NCBI GenBank assembly: GCA_016219005.1
Contig: JACRCN010000044.1
Coordinates: 739-64,738 of the forward strand
Direction: 5' to 3'
Length of the DNA: 64,000 nt
DNA from: Deltaproteobacteria bacterium
GTDB lineage: Bacteria > Desulfobacterota > Desulfobacteria > Desulfobacterales > SpSt-501
In this document: piece after piece, positions 38,784-47,869 of the stretch
Position numbering within the stretch: position 1 is the stretch's first letter
Layout of the letters: every line of letters starts with the position of its first letter
Translations under genes and position numbers: made by a program
Notes under the pieces: generated by a model
What the model was told of the DNA's origin: nothing
The model's input: only the letters and a program-made list of their open reading frames with translations
Databases searched by the model: none

Positions 38784-39758
38784 TCAGCCGACCATCTGTT
38801 CTCCGCGCCGCCCGCCGATCATAAGCTCGCCCTTGGCCTCTAGCTCCTGAACGATGCTGTTGATGGCCAGCTGGGCATCGGAAACTTCCTTCATGCGCAC
38901 CGGCCCGAGGGTTTCCATCTCCTCCCGCAGCATTCCAGCGGCGCGCTCGGACATGTTCTTGTAGACCTTGTTCTTGACCTCTTCGGAGGCGGCTTTGAGG
39001 GCGATGGCCAATTCCTTGGTCTCCACCCGCCGCAGCAGTTTCTGGAAGCCGCGATCGTCGACCTGGACGATGTCCTCGAAGACAAACATCTTCTGCTTGA
39101 TCTGGGCCGCCATTTCCGGGTTGGCCTCCTCGATCTCGCTCAGAATCAACTCGCTCGAGATTTCGTCGGCCTGGTTCAGGATCTCGGCCAGCCGATCGAC
39201 CCCGCCGCCGATGCTGGTGGCGCTGGTCTTCCTATTTTTCAGAATTTCCGTGAAGATCCCGTTCGCCTCGTCGACCATGGTGCCGATGATCTTGTCCATG
39301 CTGGCGATGCGGATGGCGACGTCGGTCTTGACCTCATCCGGTAGATACGCGACCACCTCGCTGGCCACGGCCGTCTTCAGGTGAATGATGACCATGGCCA
39401 TGGTCTGGGGATGTTCGGCCTTGATCAGCTCATATATCTCCTCGGCGCCAAGGCTCTTGAGCACTTCCAGCCCTTCGATTTTCTTCCCGTCCGCGCCGGT
39501 CGCGCCCTCCGCCGCACTGCCTCCGAAGTGGGGCAGTGCGGCCGGGCCGGACTTCACCCGCTGCGCCATGAGGGTGAATTCGCGCGCCACCTGGTCCACC
39601 ACGTCGGGCGGGACATTGCCCACCTGCTGGAGATGCCGTTTGACTACGTCGCGTTCCTCCGCGCTCAGGCGGCTGAGCAGGCCGGCGGCCGAATGCTCCC
39701 CCATGGACTTAATGAGAATGGCCGCTTTGGCGGTCCCGGATAGCTGTCTGGGATCCAT
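38784..39758 (-). CDS. fliG: Flagellar motor switch protein
   Basis: LSGTAKAAILIKSMGE...MFVFEDIVQVDDRGFQKLLRRVETKELAIALKAASEEVKNKVYKNMSERAA. Confidence 0.95.
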   Translation of the reverse strand: MDPRQLSGTAKAAILIKSMGEHSAAGLLSRLSAEERDVVKRHLQQVGNVPPDVVDQVAREFTLMAQRVKSGPAALPHFGGSAAEGATGADGKKIEGLEVLKSLGAEEIYELIKAEHPQTMAMVIIHLKTAVASEVVAYLPDEVKTDVAIRIASMDKIIGTMVDEANGIFTEILKNRKTSATSIGGGVDRLAEILNQADEISSELILSEIEEANPEMAAQIKQKMFVFEDIVQVDDRGFQKLLRRVETKELAIALKAASEEVKNKVYKNMSERAAGMLREEMETLGPVRMKEVSDAQLAINSIVQELEAKGELMIGGRRGEQMVG

Positions 39759-39807
39759 CGTATTGTTGTCCCGTCACGCCAACGAGGTGGATGTTTCGAA
39801 ATGGCTG

Positions 39808-41415
39808 CTATGATTCCTTGAGCCAGGTGCGCATGGCTCCCACTGAAGCCTCGCCGTCGCTGGCGACCAGTTGCGAGGCCTGATTCAGATAGGGAAGGCT
39901 TTTCATGCCCGCCATCTCGCGCTCAAGCTCCCCGACGGTCTTGGGAAGCTGCTTCACGATCTCCACGTCGCTGAGCGAGTACTCCGTCAGCCAGCGCACG
40001 AGCGGCTTCACGAAGAAGAGAAAGCTCAGCAGAAGAAAAAGTCCCATGAAGGCGGCCTTGAGATAGGGGGCCGCCTGCCCCAAGAGAGAAAGCCACCCGG
40101 GGGATGCCTGGGCCTCGTCCGCTTTCGCCCACTCGGTGACTTCAAAGGGGATATTGATGACTTCCACTTTATCGCCGCGCTCCGCGTCGAAGTTGACGGC
40201 GCGCTTGACGATGGACTCGATTTTCTGAATCTCATCGGGGGTCCGGCTGACGTACTGGCGTTCGGTACCGCCCCCTTTCTTCGGCACCTGCTTGTAGGTG
40301 CCGTCCACCAGGACCGCCAGCGACACGCGGGTGAGTTTGCCCGTCGGCTCCACAATGCGGCTGGTGATCTTGCCGATCTCGTAGTTCACGGTGCGGTCCT
40401 GCTTTTCGAAGGCGCTAGCTCCGCCGGCTGAAACGGCGTTGCGGCTGTCCAGCATTTCAGCCCCCGGCGTGTTGGAGCGTACGCCCGGGACCCCCTGCGG
40501 GGTGGCGTCGCTGTTGCGCGTGGACTCGCTCAAGCTTTGTTCGCTGCGGATCACACGGTTGTCGCCCAGGTAATGCTCCTCGGTTTTTTCGTGGCGCAGG
40601 AAGTCGAAGGCGCACGCCAGCCGCACGATGGCCCGGCCGTCGCCCAGCGCCTGATCCAGCATGGATTTCACGCGGCCCTCGAGGTTCTTTTCGACGTGGG
40701 CCTGATATTCGAGTTGCTCGACGCTGAGAGCGCCGAAGGTGGACTTGCCCTTATTGCCGGCCAGGAGCCTGCCGCTGTTGTCCACCACCGTGACCTGATC
40801 CGGAATGAGCCGCGGAACACTGGAAGACACCAGGTGCACGATGCCCTTGATCTGCTCCTGGCTGAGCTGGCGGCCGCCCTTTAGCTTCACCGCCACCGAC
40901 GCGCTGGCCGGCTGCTCGTTGCTGACGAAGAGGGTCTTCTCGGGCATGACGAGGTGGACCCGGCAGCTGTCGACCTCTGCAATGCGGCTGATGGTGCGGG
41001 CGAGCTCACCCTGCAGGGCCCGCTGGTAGTTCACGTTCTGGGCAAATTCGCTCAGGCCGAGCTTGGTGTTGTCGAAGACCTCGAAGCCGATGCCGCCGCC
41101 CTGCGGCAGCCCCTCGGAGGCAAGTTGCATGCGAATTTCGTGCAGCGTCTCGGCCGGGACCAGGATGCTTTTGCCGTCCGGGCCGACCCGGTAGGGGACT
41201 TTCTGCTCCTTGAGCCGAGCCACAATGGCGCCCGCATCCTCCGGGTCCAGGTTGGAGTATAGGGGACGCAGATCGACGCCGCCGGACCAGTTCGTCAGCA
41301 GCACAAACCCGGCGACGGTTCCCACGATCAACACCACCAGCGTGAGGCGCTTGCCGGCGCTAAGGTTGCGGAGCAGGCTGGTGAGCTGCCCAAAAAACTG
41401 CGCAGTATCCGCCAT
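39808..41415 (-). CDS. fliF: Flagellar MS-ring protein
   Basis: LYSNLDPEDAGAIVARLKEQKVPYRV...ILVPAETLHEIRMQLASEGLPQGG...YQRALQGELARTI. Confidence 0.95.
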   Translation of the reverse strand: MADTAQFFGQLTSLLRNLSAGKRLTLVVLIVGTVAGFVLLTNWSGGVDLRPLYSNLDPEDAGAIVARLKEQKVPYRVGPDGKSILVPAETLHEIRMQLASEGLPQGGGIGFEVFDNTKLGLSEFAQNVNYQRALQGELARTISRIAEVDSCRVHLVMPEKTLFVSNEQPASASVAVKLKGGRQLSQEQIKGIVHLVSSSVPRLIPDQVTVVDNSGRLLAGNKGKSTFGALSVEQLEYQAHVEKNLEGRVKSMLDQALGDGRAIVRLACAFDFLRHEKTEEHYLGDNRVIRSEQSLSESTRNSDATPQGVPGVRSNTPGAEMLDSRNAVSAGGASAFEKQDRTVNYEIGKITSRIVEPTGKLTRVSLAVLVDGTYKQVPKKGGGTERQYVSRTPDEIQKIESIVKRAVNFDAERGDKVEVINIPFEVTEWAKADEAQASPGWLSLLGQAAPYLKAAFMGLFLLLSFLFFVKPLVRWLTEYSLSDVEIVKQLPKTVGELEREMAGMKSLPYLNQASQLVASDGEASVGAMRTWLKES

Positions 41416-41429
41416 GAGGTCCCCCCGAG

Positions 41430-41732
41430 CTAGATCTGCTGCCGCATGATGGTTTCGTATGCGGTCAGCAGCTTGTTACGAATCGTCATCGCCATCTCGA
41501 AGGCGATCTCGGCTTTCTCCACCGCGATCATGGTGGAGTGGATGTCCGTCTGGCGGCCGGTCGCCAGGTCGTCGACGGACTGGTCGGCGGCCGTCTGGAG
41601 CTGGCTGACACGGTCCAGCGAGGCCTGCAGCATCTCCCCGAACCTCACCCCGGAGCCTTCAGCCTGCTCTTTCATCGGCATGGACAAGCCCGCTTTTTCG
41701 CTCACTCCTGACATCAATCCGATTTCGTTCAT
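41430..41732 (-). CDS. fliE: Flagellar hook-basal body complex protein
   Basis: 100 aa: FGEMLQASLDRVSQLQTAADQSVDDLATGRQTDIHSTMIAVEKAEIAFEMAMTIRNKLLTAYE. Confidence 0.9.
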   Translation of the reverse strand: MNEIGLMSGVSEKAGLSMPMKEQAEGSGVRFGEMLQASLDRVSQLQTAADQSVDDLATGRQTDIHSTMIAVEKAEIAFEMAMTIRNKLLTAYETIMRQQI

Positions 41733-41749
41733 AAGGATCTCCTCACTGG

Positions 41750-42193
41750 CTATTTCCCGATTTCAAGGGCCTTCAAGGCCATGTCCTTGGAGGCCTTGAC
41801 GGCGGCCACGTTGGCTTCGTAGCTGCGGGTCGCGGATATCATGTTGACCATTTCTTCCATCATGTTCACATTAGGCAGTTGGACGTATCCCTGCTCGTCG
41901 GCGTCGGGATGTCCCGGGTCGAATTTCAGGACCGGCGGACGGGGGTCATCGAAAACCTTGCTGGCACGGACCTCGGCCGGCAGGCGGCCCTGGCGGGACT
42001 GCAGCACCTCGCGAAAGGAACCCGACTTCGACCGCGCCTCGAAAACGATTTCCTTGCGGCGGTAGGGACCTCCTTCCGGGGTGCGCGTCGTGTTCACGTT
42101 CGCCAGGTTGGCAGAAATGAGATTCATGCGCATCCGCTGGGCCGAAAGGCCCGAGGAGCTGGTGCGCAGGGCATCATAGATGTCCATGGTCAT
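41750..42193 (-). CDS. flgC: Flagellar proximal rod protein
   Basis: ALRTSSSGLSAQRMRMNLISANLANVNTTRTPEGGPYRRK...LPNVNMMEEMVNMISATRSYEAN. Confidence 0.95.
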   Translation of the reverse strand: MTMDIYDALRTSSSGLSAQRMRMNLISANLANVNTTRTPEGGPYRRKEIVFEARSKSGSFREVLQSRQGRLPAEVRASKVFDDPRPPVLKFDPGHPDADEQGYVQLPNVNMMEEMVNMISATRSYEANVAAVKASKDMALKALEIGK

Positions 42194-42609
42194 CTACCTC
42201 CAATGATGGCGTTTTTCAGGTCTTTGAGTTTAATACCGATCAACTGGGCGGACGTCTTGTATTTGATGGTGTTCTCGGACAGCTCGCCCATCGCCCGATC
42301 GAGGTCCACGGTGTTGCCGTCGGCCCGCAGGCTGAGCGCAGGCGCGGGCGAGTTTTTAAGGGTGACGCGGTCAGCCTCGATCCGGCCGACGGGCAAGTGG
42401 CTGCTTTGGGTGCGCGCCAGCTGAATCCGGGGCCTGCCAGTGCCGAGCTTGCGCAGCTCTTCGTCGACCGCGACCTCGAACGCCTTGTAGTTCGGCGTGT
42501 CGGCGTTGGCGACGTTCGACGAGAGCACCTGATGCTGAATGGACCGGACGTTCAGGCTCTTCTCCAGCAGGTTCACGGTCCCGTCAAAAATTCCCGAAGG
42601 CGACGGCAT
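42190..42609 (-). CDS. flgB: Flagellar proximal rod protein
   Basis: LEKSLNVRSIQHQVLSSNVANADTPNYKA...ENTIKYKTSAQLIG. ATGA overlap with flgC. Confidence 0.95.
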   Translation of the reverse strand: MPSPSGIFDGTVNLLEKSLNVRSIQHQVLSSNVANADTPNYKAFEVAVDEELRKLGTGRPRIQLARTQSSHLPVGRIEADRVTLKNSPAPALSLRADGNTVDLDRAMGELSENTIKYKTSAQLIGIKLKDLKNAIIGGR

Positions 42610-42654
42610 GTGGGTTCTCCTTTTCTCTGTTCCGCTGGTGGATCCATTACCAGG

Positions 42655-44103
42655 TTATATGACAGCAATTTCCGTACCATCACCCGGCCCCGGATCCTCC
42701 CGCGATGCGTTGCGGGTCGCATCAGCCGCCGCGCCGCTTTCCCGATATTCTTTGAGCTTGTTGCGCAGGGTACGGATGCTGATGCCCAGAAGCTCCGCGG
42801 CATGGGTGCGGTTCTGATGCACATGCGAGAGCGTTCCCATGATGAGGTCCCGCTCCATCTCCCACACAGTGATGCCGGTCCGAACGCTCCGCAGCGGTCC
42901 ACCTCCCGCGCCATTATCGGGCCCCGGCGGCAACTGCAGGTGCCGCGGCAGAACCGTGTCGCCGTCGGCCAGGAGCACGGCCCGCTCCAGCGTGTTCTCC
43001 AGCTCCCGCACGTTGCCTTTCCAGTTGTTCCGGGACAGCAGGTCGAGCGCATCTGCGGAAATGCTCGCAACCGCTTTGCCCGTGAAGGTGTTGAATTTCT
43101 CGAGGAAATGATGTGCCAGAAGCAGGACGTCACCCGGACGCTCCCGCAGCGGCGGGATTCTCAGCGGCACCACGTTGATCCGGTAGTAGAGATCCTCCCG
43201 GAAGTTGCCGGCGGCGACGGCCGTGGCGAGGTCGCGGTTGGTGACCACGACCACCCGCGCCTCGATAGGGGTCGGCATGCCGCCGCCGACGCGGTCGATC
43301 TCGCGCTCCTGGAGCACCCTCAGCAGCTTCGCCTGCAGGGCGAGCGACATCTCGCCGATCTCGTCCAGGACGATGGTGCCCTTGCGGGCCAGTTCAAACT
43401 TGCCGATCTTGCGCATGACGGCGCCGGTGAAGGCCCCCTTTTCATGCCCGAACAGCTCGCTCTCGGCCAGGGTATCCGGCAGGGCTGCGCAGTTCACCGC
43501 CACATATGGAGCTTCCGGATGCAGACCGTGGCGGTGGATATAGGCGGCCAGCAACTCCTTGCCCGTGCCGCTCTCGCCCTGGATCAGAACGGTGGCGGTG
43601 CTGCGGGCGACCTGGCGCGCCAGCGCCAGCACCTCGAGCAGGCGGCCGTCCTGGGTGACGAGCGTCTTGCGGCTGGACCGAGCGTCGGCGCTCTTGGGGC
43701 TGATCGCGGCCTCCCGCGCACCTTGCGTCTGCAAGGCTTTACGCACGCTCGTCTCCAAGCTCTCCAGCGCAAAAGGTTTGAGCAAATAGTCGCAAGCGCC
43801 GGCCTGCATGGCCTCGACGGCATTCTCGACGCTGCCGCCGGCGGTCATGACGATGACCGGAATGGGAACACCCAGGCGCCGCGCCGCCCGCAGCACGTCC
43901 AGTCCGGTCACATCGGGCATTTTGAGGTCGGTGACCACCAGGCTGAAGCTTGCGCGGGTGAGCCGCGCCAGGGCCTCGCGCCCCCCCGCGACGGCCTCCG
44001 CGGCAAACCCGCCACGCTGGAGCGCCTGGGTGAGAACGGACCGGATGGCGGGGTCGTCGTCGACGATCAATACGGACTGGGTTCCGGTGGTCAATGCATG
44101 CAT
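42655..44103 (-). CDS. Sigma-54-dependent response regulator (FlrC/FleR/NtrC-type)
   Basis: REC is VLIVDDDPAIRSVL...LVVTDLKMPDVTGLDVL. AAA+ shows VLIQGESGTGKELLA and GAFTGA; ESELFGHEKGAFTG is the GAFTGA loop. The C-terminal Fis-type HTH shows NRTHAAELLGISIRTLRNKLKEY. ATG at 44101-44103. Confidence 0.9.
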   Translation of the reverse strand: MHALTTGTQSVLIVDDDPAIRSVLTQALQRGGFAAEAVAGGREALARLTRASFSLVVTDLKMPDVTGLDVLRAARRLGVPIPVIVMTAGGSVENAVEAMQAGACDYLLKPFALESLETSVRKALQTQGAREAAISPKSADARSSRKTLVTQDGRLLEVLALARQVARSTATVLIQGESGTGKELLAAYIHRHGLHPEAPYVAVNCAALPDTLAESELFGHEKGAFTGAVMRKIGKFELARKGTIVLDEIGEMSLALQAKLLRVLQEREIDRVGGGMPTPIEARVVVVTNRDLATAVAAGNFREDLYYRINVVPLRIPPLRERPGDVLLLAHHFLEKFNTFTGKAVASISADALDLLSRNNWKGNVRELENTLERAVLLADGDTVLPRHLQLPPGPDNGAGGGPLRSVRTGITVWEMERDLIMGTLSHVHQNRTHAAELLGISIRTLRNKLKEYRESGAAADATRNASREDPGPGDGTEIAVI

Positions 44104-44174
44104 CGCTTTCAACAATGGCCGAGGCCCGCGGCCGCCGTCGGCTTGAACCGTAGTATTGGGCCAGAATCTGTTCA

Positions 44175-44189
44175 GCAAATAGCATGCCA
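44175..44189 (-). promoter_or_regulatory. Sigma-54 promoter-like site upstream of the FlrC-like regulator and flgB operon
   Basis: The minus strand reads TGGCAT-GCTAT-TTGCT, 72-86 nt upstream of the start codon. Confidence 0.55.
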
Positions 44190-44327
44190 CCCGGCATTGC
44201 GCGGTCGCCGCCGGCCCGGGCGAGAGCTGGCGCGGCGTGCGGCAAGTCCCCACTCCCTCATCCGGCCGAAATCGCCGTCAATGGTCGTGGATGCGGCCGT
44301 CACCCTCTTGACGCAGGTTTTTTGCAA

Positions 44328-44552
44328 CTAGAAGCTATCTCAAAAACAGCAGATCACAGCCGAGGGCAAGGCGCACGCCGATGAAAAAGCGCAGCCGCGG
44401 CACGTGGCGGCCATTTTTCAGAGGCGTGCAATGCCGCCAGCGACTGTCAGATGCATTCTTGAGACAGCTTCTGCTCGGGAAGCAATGATGAGTGGGGTAG
44501 AGAGAACTACGAAATACGCAATCGACGTGAAAGGGCAAGCCCAGCTACTGGT
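44328..44552. repeat. Non-coding repeat module X, copy 1
   Basis: Aligns by eye with 47916-48104. For example, cagcagatcacagccgagggcaaggcgcacgccgatgaa matches ...gcgcgcgccgatgaa, and gtgcaatgccgccagcgactgtcagatgcatt matches gtgcaacgccaccagcgcgctgtcagatgcatt. Indels break every reading frame. Confidence 0.7.
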
Positions 44553-44814
44553 TGAGGTTTCTTGATAACGCATTTTCAGGTGGTTTGCGCGTTTCGCAGT
44601 TAAACGTGATTTCAGATGGCGAAGGTGCAACAATATCGGATGCATCGGCAGTCGAAGCGGGAGACAGGATCTTCGAAAGGTGGCAAGGCGGGACGAGCCT
44701 CAGGATCGACGGCAACTTGCGCAGCTCCGGTGTCTCAGAGGGATGCTTACGCCCTCCCCCTTTGATCTTTCAGCCTTGAGCTTCGATGTCCATTGTCCCC
44801 GCTTTCAGCTTTCC

Positions 44815-45879
44815 TCAAGCCCCGCAGGGCCGCAGCTGGTGGCGCTTGATTTTCTCCACCAGGGTGGTGCGGTTGAGGTGCAGCAGCTTGGCGGCCTTGT
44901 TCTTGACCCACTGGGTCTTCTCAAGCGATTGCAGGATGAGCGTCTTCTCAAACTCCGTGACGGCGCTCGTGAGGCAGATGCCCTCCTCGGAGATCTCCAG
45001 CACGGTCGGCGCTTCGACCCCGCGCACACCGGTTTTAAGCTCCGGCGGCAGGTCGCGGCGCGTGATGGTGCCGGCAGCCTTGAGCACAACCATCCGCTCC
45101 ACCAGGTTCTTAAGCTCGCGTACATTGCCCGGCCAGCGGTGCGCCATCATGTCATCGAGGGCGTCTGCGCTCAGACCTTCCACCTGGCGGTGGTTCTTGC
45201 GGTTGGATTCCGCGAGGAAGTACGCCGCCAGGTGGGGGATGTCCTGGGTGCGCTCGCGCAGGGCCGGCAGCATCATGGGGATGACGTAAAGCCGGTAGAA
45301 GAGATCCTCGCGGAAATTGCCCTTCTGCACTTCCTCCGAAAGGTCGCGATGGGTGGCGGTGATGATCCGCACGTCCACCTTGATGGTCTTGGAACCGCCG
45401 ACCGGCTCGAACTCACCTTCCTCCAGCACCTTCAGGACCTTCACCTGAAGGTCGGCGCTCATGTCGCCGATTTCGTCCAAAAACACGGTGCCGCCGTCTG
45501 CCAGTTCGAACTTCCCGGGCTTGGTGGTGGTGGCTCCGGTGAAGGCGCCCTTCACATGCCCGAAGAGCTCGCTCTCCAAAAGGTTCTCCGGGATGGCGCC
45601 GCAGTTGATCGATATGAATGGCTTCGCACGGCGCCGGGATTTTTTGTGGATCGCCCGCGCCACCAGACCCTTGCCGGTGCCGGTCTCGCCGTTGATGAGA
45701 ATGGTGCTGTCGCAGTCGGCCACCTTCTCGATCAGCTCGAATATCTCGAGCATGCGGGAGCTGCGGCCGATCATATCGTCGAACCGGGCCGCTGTAGAGG
45801 AATTTTCCGCATCGACGGCTGGCGCGGAAAATAGATCCATTTGCTCTGAACCGGACTTGCGGGCAGCGGCCTTCTGCAC
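44815..45879 (-). CDS. Receiver-less sigma-54 enhancer-binding protein (AAA+ plus Fis-HTH only); candidate top-level flagellar regulator
   Basis: [39 protein letters not shown]...[15 protein letters not shown]...[11 protein letters not shown]...[19 protein letters not shown]. Only ~35 aa precede the AAA+ domain. GTG start with AAAGGAGA 5 nt upstream. Confidence 0.88.
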   Translation of the reverse strand: MQKAAARKSGSEQMDLFSAPAVDAENSSTAARFDDMIGRSSRMLEIFELIEKVADCDSTILINGETGTGKGLVARAIHKKSRRRAKPFISINCGAIPENLLESELFGHVKGAFTGATTTKPGKFELADGGTVFLDEIGDMSADLQVKVLKVLEEGEFEPVGGSKTIKVDVRIITATHRDLSEEVQKGNFREDLFYRLYVIPMMLPALRERTQDIPHLAAYFLAESNRKNHRQVEGLSADALDDMMAHRWPGNVRELKNLVERMVVLKAAGTITRRDLPPELKTGVRGVEAPTVLEISEEGICLTSAVTEFEKTLILQSLEKTQWVKNKAAKLLHLNRTTLVEKIKRHQLRPCGA

Positions 45880-45986
45880 GGCGATCTCCTTTTCGGGTGC
45901 ACCCGCGCGCCAAACTCATCGCACGCGGGAGATTGCGGTCACGCGCAAAGCGCTCCGCTCGACAACGGCAACGCAACGGCAGTTGA

Positions 45987-46001
45987 GCAATATCCATGCC
46001 G
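45987..46001 (-). promoter_or_regulatory. Sigma-54 promoter-like site upstream of the receiver-less activator
   Basis: The minus strand reads CGGCAT-GGATA-TTGCT, ~110 nt upstream of the GTG start. Confidence 0.4.
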
Positions 46002-46537
46002 AAAGGACAACCGGGCTGAGCGCGCGCGCGCCGGCACAGGCAGGCCGGCACCGGGGCCTGCCTGCCGCACTCAAGGAGTGGTGGAGAGAGGAGATCGGTA
46101 CCTACAACATTTTGCGCAGGCCGCTTGATGCGCCCGCACGGGACAGGGCTGCAGACGGTCGTCGCCAGCGCAGGGCAAACCGATCGAGAGGACCTGAAAC
46201 GAGCTTAAAATCTTTGCGTTCTGCAAACAATAATACCGGGCCTCGGCGTCCGGATGGGCCGCGGCCGCAACAAACCTGCAGCCGCCACGCCCGCCCCGCT
46301 CGCTCCGCGGCAGGTGATCCTGACGCCCTTCTCGGTATCAGTTTGAAATCATACAAAATCCGCAAGAAACCAGCAGATAGAGCTTAGGCGCCCGCAGCTT
46401 CGATCCGGCTGCATGACCACTCAACCCGAACAACCCGGGAATTGTGCATTTTGCAAACGATCCGCTACATTTTGCAACAAGACTCCGGGTGCCCATGAAT
46501 ATCAACCGGTTAGCCAGAATCTTAGTGCCAAGCCGAA

Positions 46538-47278
46538 TTACATGGCTGCCCTGGCTTCCTCGATCGAGTGGGCTACCGTAATCTGGCTTGTTTCCTGAAA
46601 CCCTTTCAACTCTTCGCCCTGTTTAGCGTTGGCGACCAGCTTCACCGCGACGTTTGCTTTCTGGCACTGCTGCAACGCGGTGATGATCAGTTTGATCAGG
46701 GACACGTTGGTTTCAGATACCCCGCCCATGTCCAGGATCATCTTCTTCAACTGGGCGGCCGTCATGTCCTTAATTTTGACCTGGAGGCTGTTTTCGACTT
46801 CCACGCTGACCGGCCGCAGGACCTTTGCGGGCAGGGTCAGGACGACGACGTCCTCGACCTGGGTAAAGTATTTGCCCGGCTTCTTGTCATCCATCTCCTC
46901 CGTCTTCGGCTCGAGCGGCATGATCTTGCGCACGCGCTCGATCAGATCCTCGCCCTTGAACGGCTTCACCATGTAGTCGTTGATGCCCTTCTTGACGATG
47001 TTCATGACGTTGTCCTTGCCGGACTCGGCCGTCAGCATGATAACGGGGATGGCCTTCAAGGCATCGTCCCCCTTCAGCCGTTCGAGCATCTCCACCCCGG
47101 TCATAACCGGCATGGTGATGTCGAGGATGATCAGGCCCGGTTTGATTTTCGCGGCGGCGGCCAGCCCCTCCACCCCGTTTTCGGCCTCGGTGATTTCACA
47201 GTTATAAGCTTGAAACGCCTTCTTGACGATCATGCGGATCGTCTTGCTGTCGTCGACGGTCAACACTTTCAACGTCAT
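46538..47278 (-). CDS. Response-regulator receiver fused to a STAS (anti-sigma-antagonist-like) domain
   Basis: REC is VLTVDDSKTIRMIV...LIILDITMPVMTGVEML...DYMVKPF. The C-terminal ~110 aa (VVVLTLPAKVLRPVSVEVENSLQ...ILDMGGVSETNVSLIKLIITALQ) fits SpoIIAA/STAS topology by eye. Confidence 0.8.
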   Translation of the reverse strand: MTLKVLTVDDSKTIRMIVKKAFQAYNCEITEAENGVEGLAAAAKIKPGLIILDITMPVMTGVEMLERLKGDDALKAIPVIMLTAESGKDNVMNIVKKGINDYMVKPFKGEDLIERVRKIMPLEPKTEEMDDKKPGKYFTQVEDVVVLTLPAKVLRPVSVEVENSLQVKIKDMTAAQLKKMILDMGGVSETNVSLIKLIITALQQCQKANVAVKLVANAKQGEELKGFQETSQITVAHSIEEARAAM

Positions 47279-47296
47279 GGTGATCCTCCTGCATTA

Positions 47297-47782
47297 TTAA
47301 TTGGCAGCCTTGATGTAGACTTCCATCAGGGCGGAATGATGACTGTTGCGCACACCGTAGCGCTCGTGCCGATCCCACCCCTTGGATTCGGTTCTGAAAC
47401 TCTCGCCGAACGTGACCGAGGGGATGGAAAGCGAGCAGGTAAATCCGGAATCGCACAGACGAGACTTGAGGTCCCCGCCCACCATGTTGCAAACTTCGCC
47501 GATCACGTCGTGCACCTCCTCATCGCTGCCTATGTCATCCACCGTCATGCTCAGCATTGCCGCGGCTATTTCGCACGCGAACTGGCGGCTGACAAAGATG
47601 CTGACATTGCCCATGGCCGCGCCCGCAAACCCCACCGTGCCGACGATGTGCTTTCCCGTCGTAATGTTCTCGAAGTTCGGCGGCTCCTCCAGTTCAAGCG
47701 ACATGGAGAGCATGGTCTGGAACACTCCCTTCACCGCATTGGTGACGAAACCCTTCAAGTCAATCGTTTGAATCCCACCCAT
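47297..47782 (-). CDS. CheX/CheC-like phosphatase paralog
   Basis: VKGVFQTMLSM...GTVGFAGAAMGNVSIF...HDVIGEVCNMVGGDLK contains the E-x2-N motif. ATG 47782 (AAGGAG 9 nt upstream) is preferred; the track start is 47806. Confidence 0.7.
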   Translation of the reverse strand: MGGIQTIDLKGFVTNAVKGVFQTMLSMSLELEEPPNFENITTGKHIVGTVGFAGAAMGNVSIFVSRQFACEIAAAMLSMTVDDIGSDEEVHDVIGEVCNMVGGDLKSRLCDSGFTCSLSIPSVTFGESFRTESKGWDRHERYGVRNSHHSALMEVYIKAAN

Positions 47783-47846
47783 ATCCCCAATCTCCTTCCC
47801 ATGCATAAATGACGCCGACAGTGCAAATGTCTCGCACTCACAGCCC

Positions 47847-47869
47847 TTATCGGCAGGTTATCCCGATAA
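47847..47869. promoter_or_regulatory. Inverted repeat TTATCGG-N9-CCGATAA. The minus-strand half equals a perfect sigma-28 -10 box (GCCGATAA).
   Basis: Seen directly in the sequence. It lies ~65 nt upstream of the cheX-like start. No good TAAA -35 element occurs at the spacing used by the other two sigma-28-like sites. Confidence 0.3.

Noticed and set aside
44328-44552. Repeat module X as a duplicated small protein gene. The shared peptide is K(L/P)SQ(K/E)QQITAEGKA(H/R)ADE in one frame; track ORFs are 47809-48111 (+) and 44335-44538 (-).
   Set aside because: Nucleotide similarity continues after indels that destroy the shared frame. Copy 1 has an in-frame stop immediately upstream and no start codon or RBS. 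The opposite-strand ORF exists in only one copy.
45461-46387. A 308-aa plus-strand ORF and an 87-aa minus-strand ORF (46102-46365) in the gap upstream of the receiver-less activator.
   Set aside because: The 5' half of the 308-aa ORF is antisense to the activator gene. The remainder is Arg/Ala/Pro-rich with no motifs and no RBS. I treat 45880-46537 as regulatory or non-coding.
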